Assembly (NCBI GenBank): GCA_900544455.1
Contig: UQVJ01000001.1
Coordinates: forward strand, 1 to 63,690
Origin: an uncultured Eggerthella sp.
GTDB lineage: Bacteria; Actinomycetota; Coriobacteriia; Coriobacteriales; Eggerthellaceae
Length of the DNA: 63,690 nt
Reading direction: 5' to 3'
Below are positions 8,992-19,143 of this stretch, piece after piece (positions within the stretch are counted from its first letter, which is position 1; every line of letters begins with the position of its first letter). Made by a program: the position numbers and the translations under genes. The notes under the pieces are model-generated. The model was not told the DNA's origin, did no database searches, and saw only the letters and a list, made by a program, of their open reading frames with translations.

Positions 8992-9858
8992 TTGGAAACT
9001 TTGGAAAGTATTCTGGTAGGCATCGACGGTAGCGAGCGCGGCAAGAAAGCACTGAAATGGGCTGCTCGTCTAGCCAACCGTGAAGGTGCTCATTTGACGC
9101 TGCTTGCGGTAATCGACCCTGCATCAGATCAGCTCACCGGCTCCGACCATCGCGTTTTGCGCGAAGCTGTGGAAAACGTGTTGGGTGAAGCGCAGCAATT
9201 CGTTCGCAACGATTACCCTGAGTTGGCCATGGACGCTTCGTACGTGAGTGGCGATATCGTAGAGGCCTTGGTTGGTGCGGCGGAAAGCCACGACATGATC
9301 GTAATGGGATCCCACCATGGCGCCTCGGTCGCAGAACGTGTATGGGGTGCAAAAGGTTTGCGTGTTTCGGTTTCGGCAAGCGTTCCCACGGTGGTCGTTC
9401 CCGCCGACTGGGACCCCTACAACGAGGCCAAGGGCATTGTGGTAGGCGTTGGCCCACAGGATGAGGTTAGCGACAAGGCTGTTGAGCTGGGTGTTCACTT
9501 GGCTAAGGTTCTCGAAGAGCCGCTCGAGCTTATTTCTTCCTGGGGCATTCCCACCTTGCTTTCGCGCTCTGCTGAATTCATGGGCGGCGGCTTGGCGCCG
9601 GTTGGTGAATCGTTCCAGCGCAACCTCGACGCACGTGTTGCGGCTATTCGCGCAGCAGAGCCTGCTCTTGAGGTTGAAGGTTATTCGATAGAGGCACCTT
9701 CCCCTACGCAGGCTTTGATGCAGCGCAGCAAGGACTGCCGTGTTCTGCTGTTGGGCACACATGCTCGTTCGGCGGTAAGCAGGGCCCTGTTTGGATCTAC
9801 CACCTGTGGTGTGTTGGCTCACCTGCAGGTACCCACTGCGGTTGTGCCGATGGACTAG
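8992..9858 (+). CDS. Universal stress protein (tandem USP domains)
   Basis: ILVGIDGS...MIVMGSHHG and LLLGTHARS...LFGSTT motifs; TTG start after GAGGGG. Confidence 0.92.
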   Translation: METLESILVGIDGSERGKKALKWAARLANREGAHLTLLAVIDPASDQLTGSDHRVLREAVENVLGEAQQFVRNDYPELAMDASYVSGDIVEALVGAAESHDMIVMGSHHGASVAERVWGAKGLRVSVSASVPTVVVPADWDPYNEAKGIVVGVGPQDEVSDKAVELGVHLAKVLEEPLELISSWGIPTLLSRSAEFMGGGLAPVGESFQRNLDARVAAIRAAEPALEVEGYSIEAPSPTQALMQRSKDCRVLLLGTHARSAVSRALFGSTTCGVLAHLQVPTAVVPMD

Positions 9859-9873
9859 CAATTCTAATCGCAG

Positions 9874-9916
9874 AAAGCGCGTTGAGGCTGATGCTTCAAC
9901 GCGCTTTTTTGTTTTT
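9874..9916 (+). terminator. Intrinsic terminator
   Basis: AAAGCGCGTTGAGGC/GCTTCAACGCGCTTT stem followed by a long T-tract. Confidence 0.85.
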
Positions 9917-9972
9917 GGTCGGGATGGTGTCTAGGTGGGGGCGACGCCTGGCTGGTTCATGTGATGCTGGCG

Positions 9973-11025
9973 CTACTCTTTCCTTCTCATCTCGAAGGAA
10001 TCGGCGGGGTAGAAGCGGCGGCAGTTTTCGCATGTGGTGAGCACTACCCGTCCTTCATTCACCAGATATACCAGGTGGGCAAAGGTTTCTCCCAGCGAAT
10101 AGAATTTCTGGTCGATGGTCCATTCGTCCCAGTTGGGGTGCTTCCACGAGGCATTGCGTGCGATATCAATCAGGCTGGCATGGCCGTCGACCACCAGCTG
10201 GTACAGTTCTTCCAGTCGGTTAGCGTGGAAGCTTTTCAGGAAATCGACGCGCTCGGCAACCCCCGTGAAGGGGCGGCCGTGCCCGGGCAGAATAAGATCA
10301 ACGTCCAAATCCCGCACCTTGTCCAGACTTGTCAGGAATTCCCTTAACGCATCGTACGAGCAAACCCAACTCATGATGGTGGGCGTGATGCGCTCCAGTA
10401 CGTGGTCGCCCGCAATGAGGATTTTCGCCGTAGGTTCGTATAGGCAGATATGCCAGTCGTCGTGGCCGGGTGTGGTTATGACGCGAAAGCGGTAACTGCC
10501 GTTGTGATACACGTCGCCATCGGCCAGGTAAAACAGGTCAGGCTGGTTTTTTAGCGGAAGAAGCTCGGCAGAAACGCGGTAGGTAGAAGCGTCGCGTGCC
10601 TGCATGCTTCGTTCATCGTACGTGTTGGGGTGCGTAAGATAGCCGATGAGCGGGTTGAATACCGTCGCTTGCATGTTCATGAGGTTTTGCACTTCTTGGA
10701 TAGAGTGCATGTTGGCGTATATGCGCATCCAGCGTCGCCATATGCGGTCGAGGTTGCTGGTGTGGTCGGGGTGGGAATGGGTAAGGACGATCTCCACTGA
10801 TTCCCAGGTGCGGTCCAGCTTGCGCAAAGCGTCGTCGAGTGCTTTTTCGCAGTCGGGGTGGTCGAAACCTACGTCGATAATGGTGGTTTTATCTTCACTC
10901 AGGATGAAGTACGAGTTCAGGTAATTCAGCGGGTTATCGGGAAGGGGCACAGGCACGCGCCAAATGCGTGGAAACACCTCTTCAATTTCGCCGTTGTTAT
11001 ATTGGTCTGCGTAGTTCGCCGTCAT
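9973..11025 (-). CDS. MBL-fold metallo-hydrolase with C-terminal winged-helix-like region
   Basis: PVPLPDNPLNYLNSY, THSHPDH, TPGHDDWH, AGDHVL, LPGHG; start moved to ATG 11025 (AGGA RBS). Confidence 0.9.
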   Translation of the reverse strand: MTANYADQYNNGEIEEVFPRIWRVPVPLPDNPLNYLNSYFILSEDKTTIIDVGFDHPDCEKALDDALRKLDRTWESVEIVLTHSHPDHTSNLDRIWRRWMRIYANMHSIQEVQNLMNMQATVFNPLIGYLTHPNTYDERSMQARDASTYRVSAELLPLKNQPDLFYLADGDVYHNGSYRFRVITTPGHDDWHICLYEPTAKILIAGDHVLERITPTIMSWVCSYDALREFLTSLDKVRDLDVDLILPGHGRPFTGVAERVDFLKSFHANRLEELYQLVVDGHASLIDIARNASWKHPNWDEWTIDQKFYSLGETFAHLVYLVNEGRVVLTTCENCRRFYPADSFEMRRKE

Positions 11026-11168
11026 GATGGTTCCTAACAGAACGTGTTCATTGTTCCAAGAACCAGCGTAACGCAAAAGTTGCCGAGTGGTGCGGTAGGA
11101 TGGGTGGCGTTGATGAATCGTGGGCGAGCGCTATGCCTGACCTGCGAGTGTGCAGGGAGGTGCGGTAA

Positions 11169-12080
11169 GTGGCAATCTATAGCGAAAAGGCGGAGAAGGC
11201 AACGGGCCTCCAGCTTTCCGATGCCCATTTCCATCTGGGGTTCGTTTCGAACCCTGTCGATTTCGCTGCGGATGCCCAGCGTGCCGGGGTGTCTGTTTTC
11301 GCCGCTTCGGTCACTCCTAGCGAGTATCGGGATACCAAAAGGGCGCTTTGCTGGGCGTCCGAATCTGGCAAAGCGAAAGCCAGCACAACCGGCAAACGCA
11401 CCAAGAGAACGCTTTACTGGGCGGCTGCCCCTTTGCAGCCTGTTGGCGATTCCGCTTCCATAAAGCTTGCGGTGGGGCTGCATCCCTGGTGGGTTTCCGC
11501 AGACGAACGGCACCTTGCCGAAGTGCTACGTGCATTCGATGGCGCTTTGCCCGAAACGCAGTATGTGGGTGAAGTTGGCTTGGACTTCTCGAAGCGCAGA
11601 ATAGCAACGCGCGATGCTCAGCTCCGCGCGTTTCGCCATATCGCAAATGCATGTGCAAAGGACGGCGGCAAGGTTCTTTCCATCCATTGCGTTAAAGCAT
11701 ACGACGACGTTTTGAACATTTTGGATAGCTCGGGTTGTTTCGCGTCGTGCACCTGCATCTTCCATTGGTTTAGCGGCTCGTTCCAGCAGCTGGAGCAAGC
11801 GGCGGATGCGGGGTGCTTCTTTTCGGTTGGCGCACGTATGCTCGAAACGAAAAAAGGGAGCGAATATGCAAAGGCAGTCCCCTTGCGGAAACTTCTTTTG
11901 GAGACCGATGCCCCTGCCGCGATTGATCCCGAGCAAGAACATCCTTCGGTACTTTATTCATACGACCAGATGAGGCTCCAGCTTGTTGAGACCCTAAGGC
12001 GACTCGCTCGAATAAGGGGCATTGGCGAATCGGAGCTTGCTGCCATAGTTCAGCAAAATGCGTGCGAGGTTTTTTGCTAG
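11169..12080 (+). CDS. TatD-family deoxyribonuclease
   Basis: DAHFH, GLHPW, VGEVGLDF, SIH, FHWFSG, LLETDAP. Confidence 0.92.
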   Translation: MAIYSEKAEKATGLQLSDAHFHLGFVSNPVDFAADAQRAGVSVFAASVTPSEYRDTKRALCWASESGKAKASTTGKRTKRTLYWAAAPLQPVGDSASIKLAVGLHPWWVSADERHLAEVLRAFDGALPETQYVGEVGLDFSKRRIATRDAQLRAFRHIANACAKDGGKVLSIHCVKAYDDVLNILDSSGCFASCTCIFHWFSGSFQQLEQAADAGCFFSVGARMLETKKGSEYAKAVPLRKLLLETDAPAAIDPEQEHPSVLYSYDQMRLQLVETLRRLARIRGIGESELAAIVQQNACEVFC

Positions 12081-12111
12081 ATCGTCTTCTTACGGCGCTA
12101 TCATGGGCGCT

Positions 12112-13029
12112 ATGGAAAATGCTCTTTTAACAGTTGCCTCGCTTACCGCCATCATCGCGCTCGGTTTCGTTGTTGCGCGAACGATGGAGCTGCCCAGAGG
12201 CTTCACCGACACACTTTCGAAAATTGTCTTCCGTATCACTTTGCCTTGTGCGATTTTCCACGCTTTCGCTTCGAATGGCTTCGATGCCTCGCTGCTACTC
12301 CTTGCCTTGGTGGGGTTGGGCTGCACTTTTGTTCCGTGGCTGATCGGCACATTGCTCACCGCGCGTGAAGACCGAGACCATCGGATTCTGATGATGATGA
12401 ACATATCGGGCTTCAACATTGGCTGCTTTGTGCTTCCCTTCGCCCAAGCGCTCTTTCCGCCGGCTGCGGCACTTGCTGTGTGTTTGTTCGATGCCGGTAA
12501 TGCTTTGATGATGAGCGGGGGAACGTATGCGTTCTCAAGTGCGATCCTTGACAAGGGTGGATCCCATTACGAACGTGCCGTGTTGGCTGCGAAGCGCCTG
12601 TTTTCATCTGCGCCATTCGACCTGTATTGCGTGCTCATTATCATTTCGCTGATGGGCGTTACCATTCCTGAGCAGGTGGTTTCGTTTATCGAGCCAATTT
12701 CAAACGCTAATTCGTTCTTGGCTATGTTCATGCTGGGTTTAATGGTTCAGTTTTCATTGGGCAAAGGCAAAGTGTTCCAGCTGGTGCGCTTGCTGGGCTT
12801 GCGCTTCCTGTTCTCTGCTGTGATGAGCATCGGCGCAATGACGCTGCTTCCCTTCGATCCCGTTACCCGTATGGTTATTGCCGCCTTATTGTGGTCTCCC
12901 ATGGGCGCGCTCGGGCCGGTATACACGCTTTGGGCAAAAGGCGATGTGGGCCTGGCTGGTTTTGCCAATGTGGTCACGGTTGCGGTGGGCATTGTTGCCA
13001 TGACGGCTGCCGCGATGATGATCGCGTAG
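12112..13029 (+). CDS. AEC (auxin efflux carrier/malate permease) family transporter
   Basis: About 10 TM segments, VFRITLPC and FNIGCFVLPF motifs; start 12112 (12103 possible). Confidence 0.85.
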   Translation: MENALLTVASLTAIIALGFVVARTMELPRGFTDTLSKIVFRITLPCAIFHAFASNGFDASLLLLALVGLGCTFVPWLIGTLLTAREDRDHRILMMMNISGFNIGCFVLPFAQALFPPAAALAVCLFDAGNALMMSGGTYAFSSAILDKGGSHYERAVLAAKRLFSSAPFDLYCVLIIISLMGVTIPEQVVSFIEPISNANSFLAMFMLGLMVQFSLGKGKVFQLVRLLGLRFLFSAVMSIGAMTLLPFDPVTRMVIAALLWSPMGALGPVYTLWAKGDVGLAGFANVVTVAVGIVAMTAAAMMIA

Positions 13030-13129
13030 CTTTTTGTTTGGTGTCGCAGGCGGTTTTTGCCCTGGCTCCAAAGGGGCATATGGTCCTCCGCTGAACAAAT
13101 TTTCGCTCGGCGGGGGCGTATCATCAGGA

Positions 13130-13723
13130 TTAGCTCAAAATGACGTGCTTAAACGACTCTTCGATTGGCAGTCCGGTAGTGTACACGCCGTAGCTGTGGC
13201 TACCATCTTTGGGAAGCGAAAGGCTACCAGGGTTGAACAGCCAAACCGTAGGATCTTCCGAGCAGGGTTCGTTCACTTTGACATGGGTGTGTCCGTACAA
13301 AAGTGCGGTATTGACTGGCATCTGGGGAAGATTGCCTGCTGCTCCGTCTCTGTCGGGGCCGAATACGTGCCCGTGAGTGAGGAACAGCGTTCGGGGAGTT
13401 TGCATTTCGTACCCCGCATCTTCGTCGATATATTCAGGATCAAGGATGGTGGAATAGTCCGCCATGCAGGGGAAGTTGAGCACCATCTGGTCAACCTCGG
13501 CGTCGCAGTTGCCGCGTACGGCAATTATGCGATCGGCTAGGGGGTTGAGCAGGGCAATTACTTCCTTGGGGTCGTAGCCATCGGGCAAGGCGTTGCGCGG
13601 CCCGTGATACAGAATGTCGCCTAGCAGGATAATCTTGTCAGGTTTTTCAGCGTGAACAGCATCGATGAATTTGTGGCACCATGTTGCAGAGCCGTGGATA
13701 TCGGAAGCAATCAGGAACTTCAA
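13130..13723 (-). CDS. yfcE: YfcE/MJ0936-family phosphodiesterase
   Basis: ASDIHGS, LGDILYHGPRN, VRGNCD, THGH, YGHTH, NPGS; TTG start after GAAAGAGG. Confidence 0.9.
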   Translation of the reverse strand: MKFLIASDIHGSATWCHKFIDAVHAEKPDKIILLGDILYHGPRNALPDGYDPKEVIALLNPLADRIIAVRGNCDAEVDQMVLNFPCMADYSTILDPEYIDEDAGYEMQTPRTLFLTHGHVFGPDRDGAAGNLPQMPVNTALLYGHTHVKVNEPCSEDPTVWLFNPGSLSLPKDGSHSYGVYTTGLPIEESFKHVILS

Positions 13724-13962
13724 GGCAGCCTCTTTCCGTGTGCAATGGTCGCATTTATTGTATCGCTCGCTGCTGTTTTGCAAGGTGATGCAGAAAAAGA
13801 AGCATGATCGATTTGCCTCTATCCAGGCTAGGCAAGCGGGGGTTGCGCAGACGTCTATTGTGGCAGCTCAGGCGGCGGTTATCTGGATTCCTATTCTGGT
13901 TGCTTGGCCAAGAGCCGTTCAATGCTCGTTGTTAAAGCGAAGTTTCATCTGCAGAAAAATTG

Positions 13963-13991
13963 TTGACAGGAAAGATGTTTCAGGAAAAAAT
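13963..13991 (+). promoter_or_regulatory. Candidate sigma70 promoter of the trp leader
   Basis: Perfect TTGACA at 13963-13968, 17-nt spacer, weak -10 AAAAAT. Confidence 0.45.
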
Positions 13992-14040
13992 AACCACAGT
14001 TTCGCAAGCGAATATGATTCGCTGAAGAAACCATCAAACC

Positions 14041-14312
14041 GTTGAAGCGGAAGTCAAAGCGAGTAGGCGCGCACAGAGAGTCCGGGATGCTGGGATCCGG
14101 ATCGAAAAGCCGTTCGCCAAATGGACCGCTGAGGGCGCATGCGAATGCAATTTGCTAGTAGGGTGCGACGTGAGGGCATACGTAAGTTGCCGGGGATATG
14201 TTGGTATCCTGCTAAGCGCACGATTCGTTTCGTGAAACAAGGTGGCACCGCGAGCTTTGTATTTTCTTAAAGCCCGTCCTTGATCGTAGAAGTATCAGGG
14301 ATGGGCTTTTTT
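14041..14312 (+). ncRNA. T-box riboswitch, Trp-specific, transcription-antitermination type
   Basis: Stem I (AGCGG..CCGCT) with AGAGAG and GCTGGGA boxes; specifier TGG at 14122-14124 followed by A; T-box AAGGTGGCACCGCG at 14239-14252; antiterminator arm CGTCCTTG; terminator AAGCCCGTCCTTGAT/ATCAGGGATGGGCTT followed by a T-tract. Confidence 0.93.
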
Positions 14313-14345
14313 GTTGCCTTTCCCGTGTAAGGAAAGGGCTAATCG

Positions 14346-15848
14346 ATGGACACTACGCTATTGCAGCCGAGCTTGGAAGAAGTTCGTGCTTTGGCTGCGC
14401 AGCCTGGCATTTGCCGCGTTCCCGTGAAACGTGAGCTGTTTGCCGACTGCATCACCACTATCGAGGCAATGCGTGCGCTGCGTGCTGCCAGCAACCATTG
14501 TTTCTTGCTGGAAAGCGCTGAGGCCGATCAGTGTTGGGGCCGCTATTCCTTTTTGGGCTTCAATCCCACGCTTGAGGTAACCTGCCTGGATGGGCAACTC
14601 AGCATTCGCCGCAATGTGGAAGGCGACGAACCGCTGCGCGAAACGCGTCAGGTCGATCACCCGGGCGCCATTATTCGCCAGATTATCGCAGAGAACAAGA
14701 GCGCCAAGGTTGAGGGGTTCCCAACATTTACTGGTGGTCTGGTGGGCTATTTCTCGTATGACTACCTCAAGTACGCTGAACCCACGCTGCGTCGTCCCGG
14801 TTTAGACCGTGAGGATTTTCTCGATGTTGACCTGATGCTGTTCGATCAGGTTATCTGCTTCGACAACTACCGCCAAAAGATCATCCTCATTGCAGGTGTT
14901 CGTGCCGACGACGTTGAGAACTCATACGCTCAGGCGCAAGCAAAGCTCGATGAGATTGAAGGCTTGTTGGTGGGGTCTGCTCGTTACGAATTTGCCCCTT
15001 TGAAGTTGAAGGAGCCGCTTGCGCCGCAGTTTTCAACCGAAGAGTTCTGCGAGAAGGTGGAAACTGCCAAGCGTCATATTTTCGAGGGCGACATATTCCA
15101 GGTGGTGCCTTCCAACCCCCGAACTGCGAAAGCGGAAGGAAGCCTGTTCGATACCTATCGTGTGTTGCGCAGCCAGAACCCTTCCCCATATATGTTCTAC
15201 TTCACCAGCGATGATGTGGAAATCGCGGGCGCATCTCCTGAAACGCTGGCCCGCTTGCAGGACGGCAGGCTGTTCACTTACCCCTTGGCTGGCACCCGCC
15301 CGCGCGGCGCCACTCCTGAAGAAGATCGAGCCATGGAGGCGGATCTTCTTGCTGACGAAAAGGAACGCGCCGAGCATGATATGCTCGTTGACCTTGGACG
15401 TAACGACTTGGGGCGCGTGTCTCAGCTGGGTAGCGTAAAGGTGGAAGAGTACCGAAATGTGCTGCGCTTTTCTCGGATCATGCATATCGGCTCAACCGTT
15501 ATCGGTCAACTTGCCGAAGGGAAAGACGCGGTGGATGTGATGGATTCCATCCTTCCGGCGGGCACGCTTTCCGGAGCACCCAAGCTGCGTGCCTGTCAGA
15601 TTATTCAGGATTTGGAGGGTGCCAAGCGCGGCATCTACGGCGGCGCCATCGGCTATCTGGACTTCACCGGCAATCTTGACACTTGCATTGGGATCCGTCT
15701 TGTTTACAAGAAAAACGGCCGCGTATGCGTGCAGACGGGCGCCGGCATCGTAGCTGACAGCGTTCCCGAAAGCGAAGACCGCGAATGCTACAACAAGGCG
15801 CGCGCGGTAATGGAAGCGCTGAGAACTGCCGAAGGGGGCCTGGCATGA
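14346..15848 (+). CDS. trpE: Anthranilate synthase component I
   Basis: LLESAE, GDIFQVVPS, NPSPYMF, PLAGTRPRG, AEHDMLVDLGRND, AGTLSGAPK. Confidence 0.97.
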   Translation: MDTTLLQPSLEEVRALAAQPGICRVPVKRELFADCITTIEAMRALRAASNHCFLLESAEADQCWGRYSFLGFNPTLEVTCLDGQLSIRRNVEGDEPLRETRQVDHPGAIIRQIIAENKSAKVEGFPTFTGGLVGYFSYDYLKYAEPTLRRPGLDREDFLDVDLMLFDQVICFDNYRQKIILIAGVRADDVENSYAQAQAKLDEIEGLLVGSARYEFAPLKLKEPLAPQFSTEEFCEKVETAKRHIFEGDIFQVVPSNPRTAKAEGSLFDTYRVLRSQNPSPYMFYFTSDDVEIAGASPETLARLQDGRLFTYPLAGTRPRGATPEEDRAMEADLLADEKERAEHDMLVDLGRNDLGRVSQLGSVKVEEYRNVLRFSRIMHIGSTVIGQLAEGKDAVDVMDSILPAGTLSGAPKLRACQIIQDLEGAKRGIYGGAIGYLDFTGNLDTCIGIRLVYKKNGRVCVQTGAGIVADSVPESEDRECYNKARAVMEALRTAEGGLA

Positions 15849-16420
15849 TCTACCTCATCGATAACTACGACAGCTTTTCCTACAACCTGTATCAGCTGAT
15901 AGGCGAAGTGGATCCCGCTATCGAGGTTCTTCGAAACGACGCGCTTTCGGTTGAAGATCTCGAGGCGAAAAACCCTGAAGCGGTGATTCTTTCCCCCGGT
16001 CCCGGTCGGCCTGCCGATGCGGGTATTTGCGAAGAAGTGGTGCTGAAGCTATCCGGCAAAGTTCCCATCTTGGGTGTGTGTTTGGGGCATCAGGCAATAT
16101 GCGAAGCATTCGGCGGCACGGTGGGGTATGCCAAGGAGCTGATGCACGGCAAATCGTCTCTGGTAAAGGTTGATGCGCAATCACCCCTGTTCAACGGCTT
16201 GCCTGCTAAGGTTCGGGTTGCTCGTTACCATTCACTTGCAGCCGACGAAGAAAGCCTTCCCAAATGTTTGCGGGTTATTTCCCGTGCCGATGATGGGGAA
16301 GTGATGGCTGTGCAGCATGCCGAGTTCCCTACCTATGGCGTTCAGTTCCATCCCGAATCGATTCTCACCCCCGATGGCCGGGCGATGATCGAAAACTTCT
16401 TGGCCATAGCAACGAAGTAA
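15845..16420 (+). CDS. trpG: Anthranilate synthase component II (glutamine amidotransferase)
   Basis: LIDNYDSF, SPGPGRP, GVCLGHQ, QFHPES; ATGA overlap with trpE. Confidence 0.96.
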   Translation: MIYLIDNYDSFSYNLYQLIGEVDPAIEVLRNDALSVEDLEAKNPEAVILSPGPGRPADAGICEEVVLKLSGKVPILGVCLGHQAICEAFGGTVGYAKELMHGKSSLVKVDAQSPLFNGLPAKVRVARYHSLAADEESLPKCLRVISRADDGEVMAVQHAEFPTYGVQFHPESILTPDGRAMIENFLAIATK

Positions 16421-16459
16421 TACACGGCGTTTGCGCCGATTGCGCGAAAGGAAGCAACG

Positions 16460-17485
16460 ATGATCAGGGAAGCAATTTTCAAGCTGGTAAACAAGCAGGA
16501 CCTAACCTACGACGAAGCCTACGACGTGATCAACGAGATCATGTCGGGCGAAACCACCCAGGTGCAGACGGCAGCATTTCTTTCGGCTCTTTCCACAAAG
16601 TCGACCAAGAGCGAAACGATTGCCGAAATTGCAGGGTGCGCTGCCGCCATGCGCAGCCATGCCACCAAGGTTGACTACGATAAGCCGCTGCTCGAGATTG
16701 TGGGCACGGGCGGCGACAAAACTGGCAGTTTCAACATTTCCACCACCGCAGCGCTTGTTATTGCGGCGGGTGGGGCAAAGGTTGCCAAGCACGGAAACCG
16801 TGCGGCATCAAGCAAATCGGGTACGGCCGATTGCCAAGAGGCGCTGGGTGTGAACATCGAGCAGAGCCCCGAGCTGTGTAAGAAGCTCCTCGACGAAGTG
16901 GGCATGTGCTTCTTCTTCGCCCAGAAATACCATACAGCCATGCGCTACGTGGGCCCCATTCGCAAAGAGCTGGGTTTTCGCACCGTGTTCAATATTCTAG
17001 GCCCGCTCACCAACCCCGCCTCGCCCGACAAGATGATTCTCGGCGTATACGATGAATCTTTGGTGCAGCCTTTGGCGCATGTGCTGGTGAGCCTGGGTGT
17101 GAAGGACGGCATGGTGGTATATGGGCAGGATTGTCTGGATGAGCTTTCCACGGCATGCCCCACCACGGTATGTGAATTCCACGGCGACGATTATTTGTCT
17201 TACGTTCTTACGCCTGATGAATTGGGCATGAAGCGCTGCATGAAAGAAGATCTGCAAGGCGGTTCTCCGGAAGAAAATGCGCAGATCACACGTGACATTC
17301 TTTTCGGCAAGGAAGTGGGAGCAAAGCGCGACACCGTTTTGCTGAATGCTGCTGCGGGCCTCTACATTGCCGGGTTGGTGCCCTCGTTGAAAGATGGCGT
17401 CGCAAGGGCCCAGGAGCTTATCGACAGCAGCAAAGCAGCCGAAACGCTGGAGTCGTACATTCGAGTATCAAATCAGGAGGCTTAA
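16460..17485 (+). CDS. trpD: Anthranilate phosphoribosyltransferase
   Basis: [32 protein letters not shown]. Confidence 0.97.
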   Translation: MIREAIFKLVNKQDLTYDEAYDVINEIMSGETTQVQTAAFLSALSTKSTKSETIAEIAGCAAAMRSHATKVDYDKPLLEIVGTGGDKTGSFNISTTAALVIAAGGAKVAKHGNRAASSKSGTADCQEALGVNIEQSPELCKKLLDEVGMCFFFAQKYHTAMRYVGPIRKELGFRTVFNILGPLTNPASPDKMILGVYDESLVQPLAHVLVSLGVKDGMVVYGQDCLDELSTACPTTVCEFHGDDYLSYVLTPDELGMKRCMKEDLQGGSPEENAQITRDILFGKEVGAKRDTVLLNAAAGLYIAGLVPSLKDGVARAQELIDSSKAAETLESYIRVSNQEA

Positions 17486-18307
17486 GTGACCATCCTTGAT
17501 GAAATAGCCGCCTACACACGTCAGCGCATGGCGGAAGAGGAAGGGCTGACGCCAACAGCCAGCCTTCGGCAGCAGGCTTGCGCCATGGCATCAGCTGAGC
17601 GTGAAGCCAACGGTGGTGTATTTCCCTTTCGATTCAGCGCCGCATTGGCAGAGCCCGGCCTTTCCTTTATCTGCGAAGTTAAGAAAGCGTCTCCTTCTAA
17701 GGGGGTTATTGCCGAAGAGTTTCCGTATCTGGATATCGCAAAGAGCTACGAGGCGGCAGGGGCGGCGGCGATTTCCTGCTTAACCGAGCCGAAATGGTTC
17801 ATGGGTGCCGATGCCTATTTGACCGAGATAGCGGCAGAAACTTCTGTGCCTGTGTTGAGGAAAGATTTTGTGGTTTGCGAGCGCATGATTTACCAGGCCA
17901 AAGTACTCGGTGCCTCTGCTGTGCTTTTGATCTGTGCCATTTTAAGCGACGAACAACTTGTTGCTTATCGTGAGCTTGCTGAAAGCCTGGGTCTTTCGGT
18001 TTTGGTTGAAGCGCATGACGAAAAGGAAATTGCCCGCGCGGTTGCCTCGGGTGCAAAGATCGTTGGTGTGAACAACCGCAACCTGAAGGATTTTAGCGTC
18101 GACTTCGATAACGTCCGCCGTCTTCGCGCGCATATTCCTGAAGACGTGCTGTACGTGGCGGAATCGGGCGTGGCAAGCGCCGATGATGTTGCGGCTATCG
18201 CCCAGATGGGTGCGGATGCTGCCTTGATCGGTGAAGCACTGATGCGCGCCGATGATAAACAGGCAACGTTGGCGGGATTCCGTGCTGCGGCTGAGGTGGC
18301 ACGATGA
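17486..18307 (+). CDS. trpC: Indole-3-glycerol phosphate synthase
   Basis: ICEVKKASPSKG, SCLTEP, LRKDF, GVNNRNL, AESGV. Confidence 0.97.
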   Translation: MTILDEIAAYTRQRMAEEEGLTPTASLRQQACAMASAEREANGGVFPFRFSAALAEPGLSFICEVKKASPSKGVIAEEFPYLDIAKSYEAAGAAAISCLTEPKWFMGADAYLTEIAAETSVPVLRKDFVVCERMIYQAKVLGASAVLLICAILSDEQLVAYRELAESLGLSVLVEAHDEKEIARAVASGAKIVGVNNRNLKDFSVDFDNVRRLRAHIPEDVLYVAESGVASADDVAAIAQMGADAALIGEALMRADDKQATLAGFRAAAEVAR

Positions 18308-19032
18308 GTCCGGCAAGCCGTCAGCATCAGGCGAGGGAATGGCTGCTATCGCCGCAGGGTTCGGGGTATCCGCGTGTGAAACTGTGCGGGATGTCGCGCG
18401 AAGAGGATGTGCGCTCAGTTGCCCAGACGCGCCCCGATATGTGCGGTTTCATCGTGGACTTCCCCCAATCGCACCGAAGTGTTTCAGTGGAGCGCCTGAC
18501 GGAATTATGCGAGCTGCTCGATGAAGAGGATGCCAAGGTGGCAGCCCGCATGGCAACCAGCGGCAATCCGGTGAGCCTTCATCCAATATGGCGCGTAGGG
18601 GTATTTGTCGATGAGCCGCTTGATTCCTTGATCCGCATCGTTTCGAATGGTTCAGTTGATCTGGTGCAGCTCCATGGAAACGAAAGTAATGCCTACATTT
18701 CCGAGTTGAGGCATCGAACCCGAGTAGGAACCATCCAGGCTTTCCGTGTGAGAGGCAGCGAAGATGTTTCCCGCGCCGAAGGAAGCAGCGCCGATATGAT
18801 CTTGCTCGACAGCGGGCAAGGCTCGGGCAGTGCATTTGATTGGGGCGACGTTTCCCGCGTTCATCGCCCGTTCATTTTGGCTGGCGGGCTTACTCCTGAA
18901 ACCATCGGTAAGGCACTAACGGAAGTACACCCCTGGGGTATTGACATGAGTTCTGGTATCGAAACCGACAAACTAAAGGACCCCGCAAAAATTGCAGCAG
19001 CTGTTGATGAGGTCCATCGATGGCGGTTGTAG
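18304..19032 (+). CDS. trpF: Phosphoribosylanthranilate isomerase
   Basis: VKLCG, VGVFVD, VQLHGNE, LAGGLTP, DMSSGIE; exact start uncertain. Confidence 0.93.
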   Translation: MSPASRQHQAREWLLSPQGSGYPRVKLCGMSREEDVRSVAQTRPDMCGFIVDFPQSHRSVSVERLTELCELLDEEDAKVAARMATSGNPVSLHPIWRVGVFVDEPLDSLIRIVSNGSVDLVQLHGNESNAYISELRHRTRVGTIQAFRVRGSEDVSRAEGSSADMILLDSGQGSGSAFDWGDVSRVHRPFILAGGLTPETIGKALTEVHPWGIDMSSGIETDKLKDPAKIAAAVDEVHRWRL

Positions 19033-19143
19033 CTCCTCCAGCGCCTCGATCGGCGTGGGCAGTTCTAGCGTGCTGATAAATCGGCGGCTTATCCACTTAA
19101 GTAGAACCATCAGGCCAACGCCTGATTTATGAAAGGAAATATC

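Noticed and set aside
2281..11025. MBL-fold genes as beta-lactam resistance genes
   Set aside because: No signal peptides, and the domain layout is that of generic cytoplasmic MBL hydrolases.
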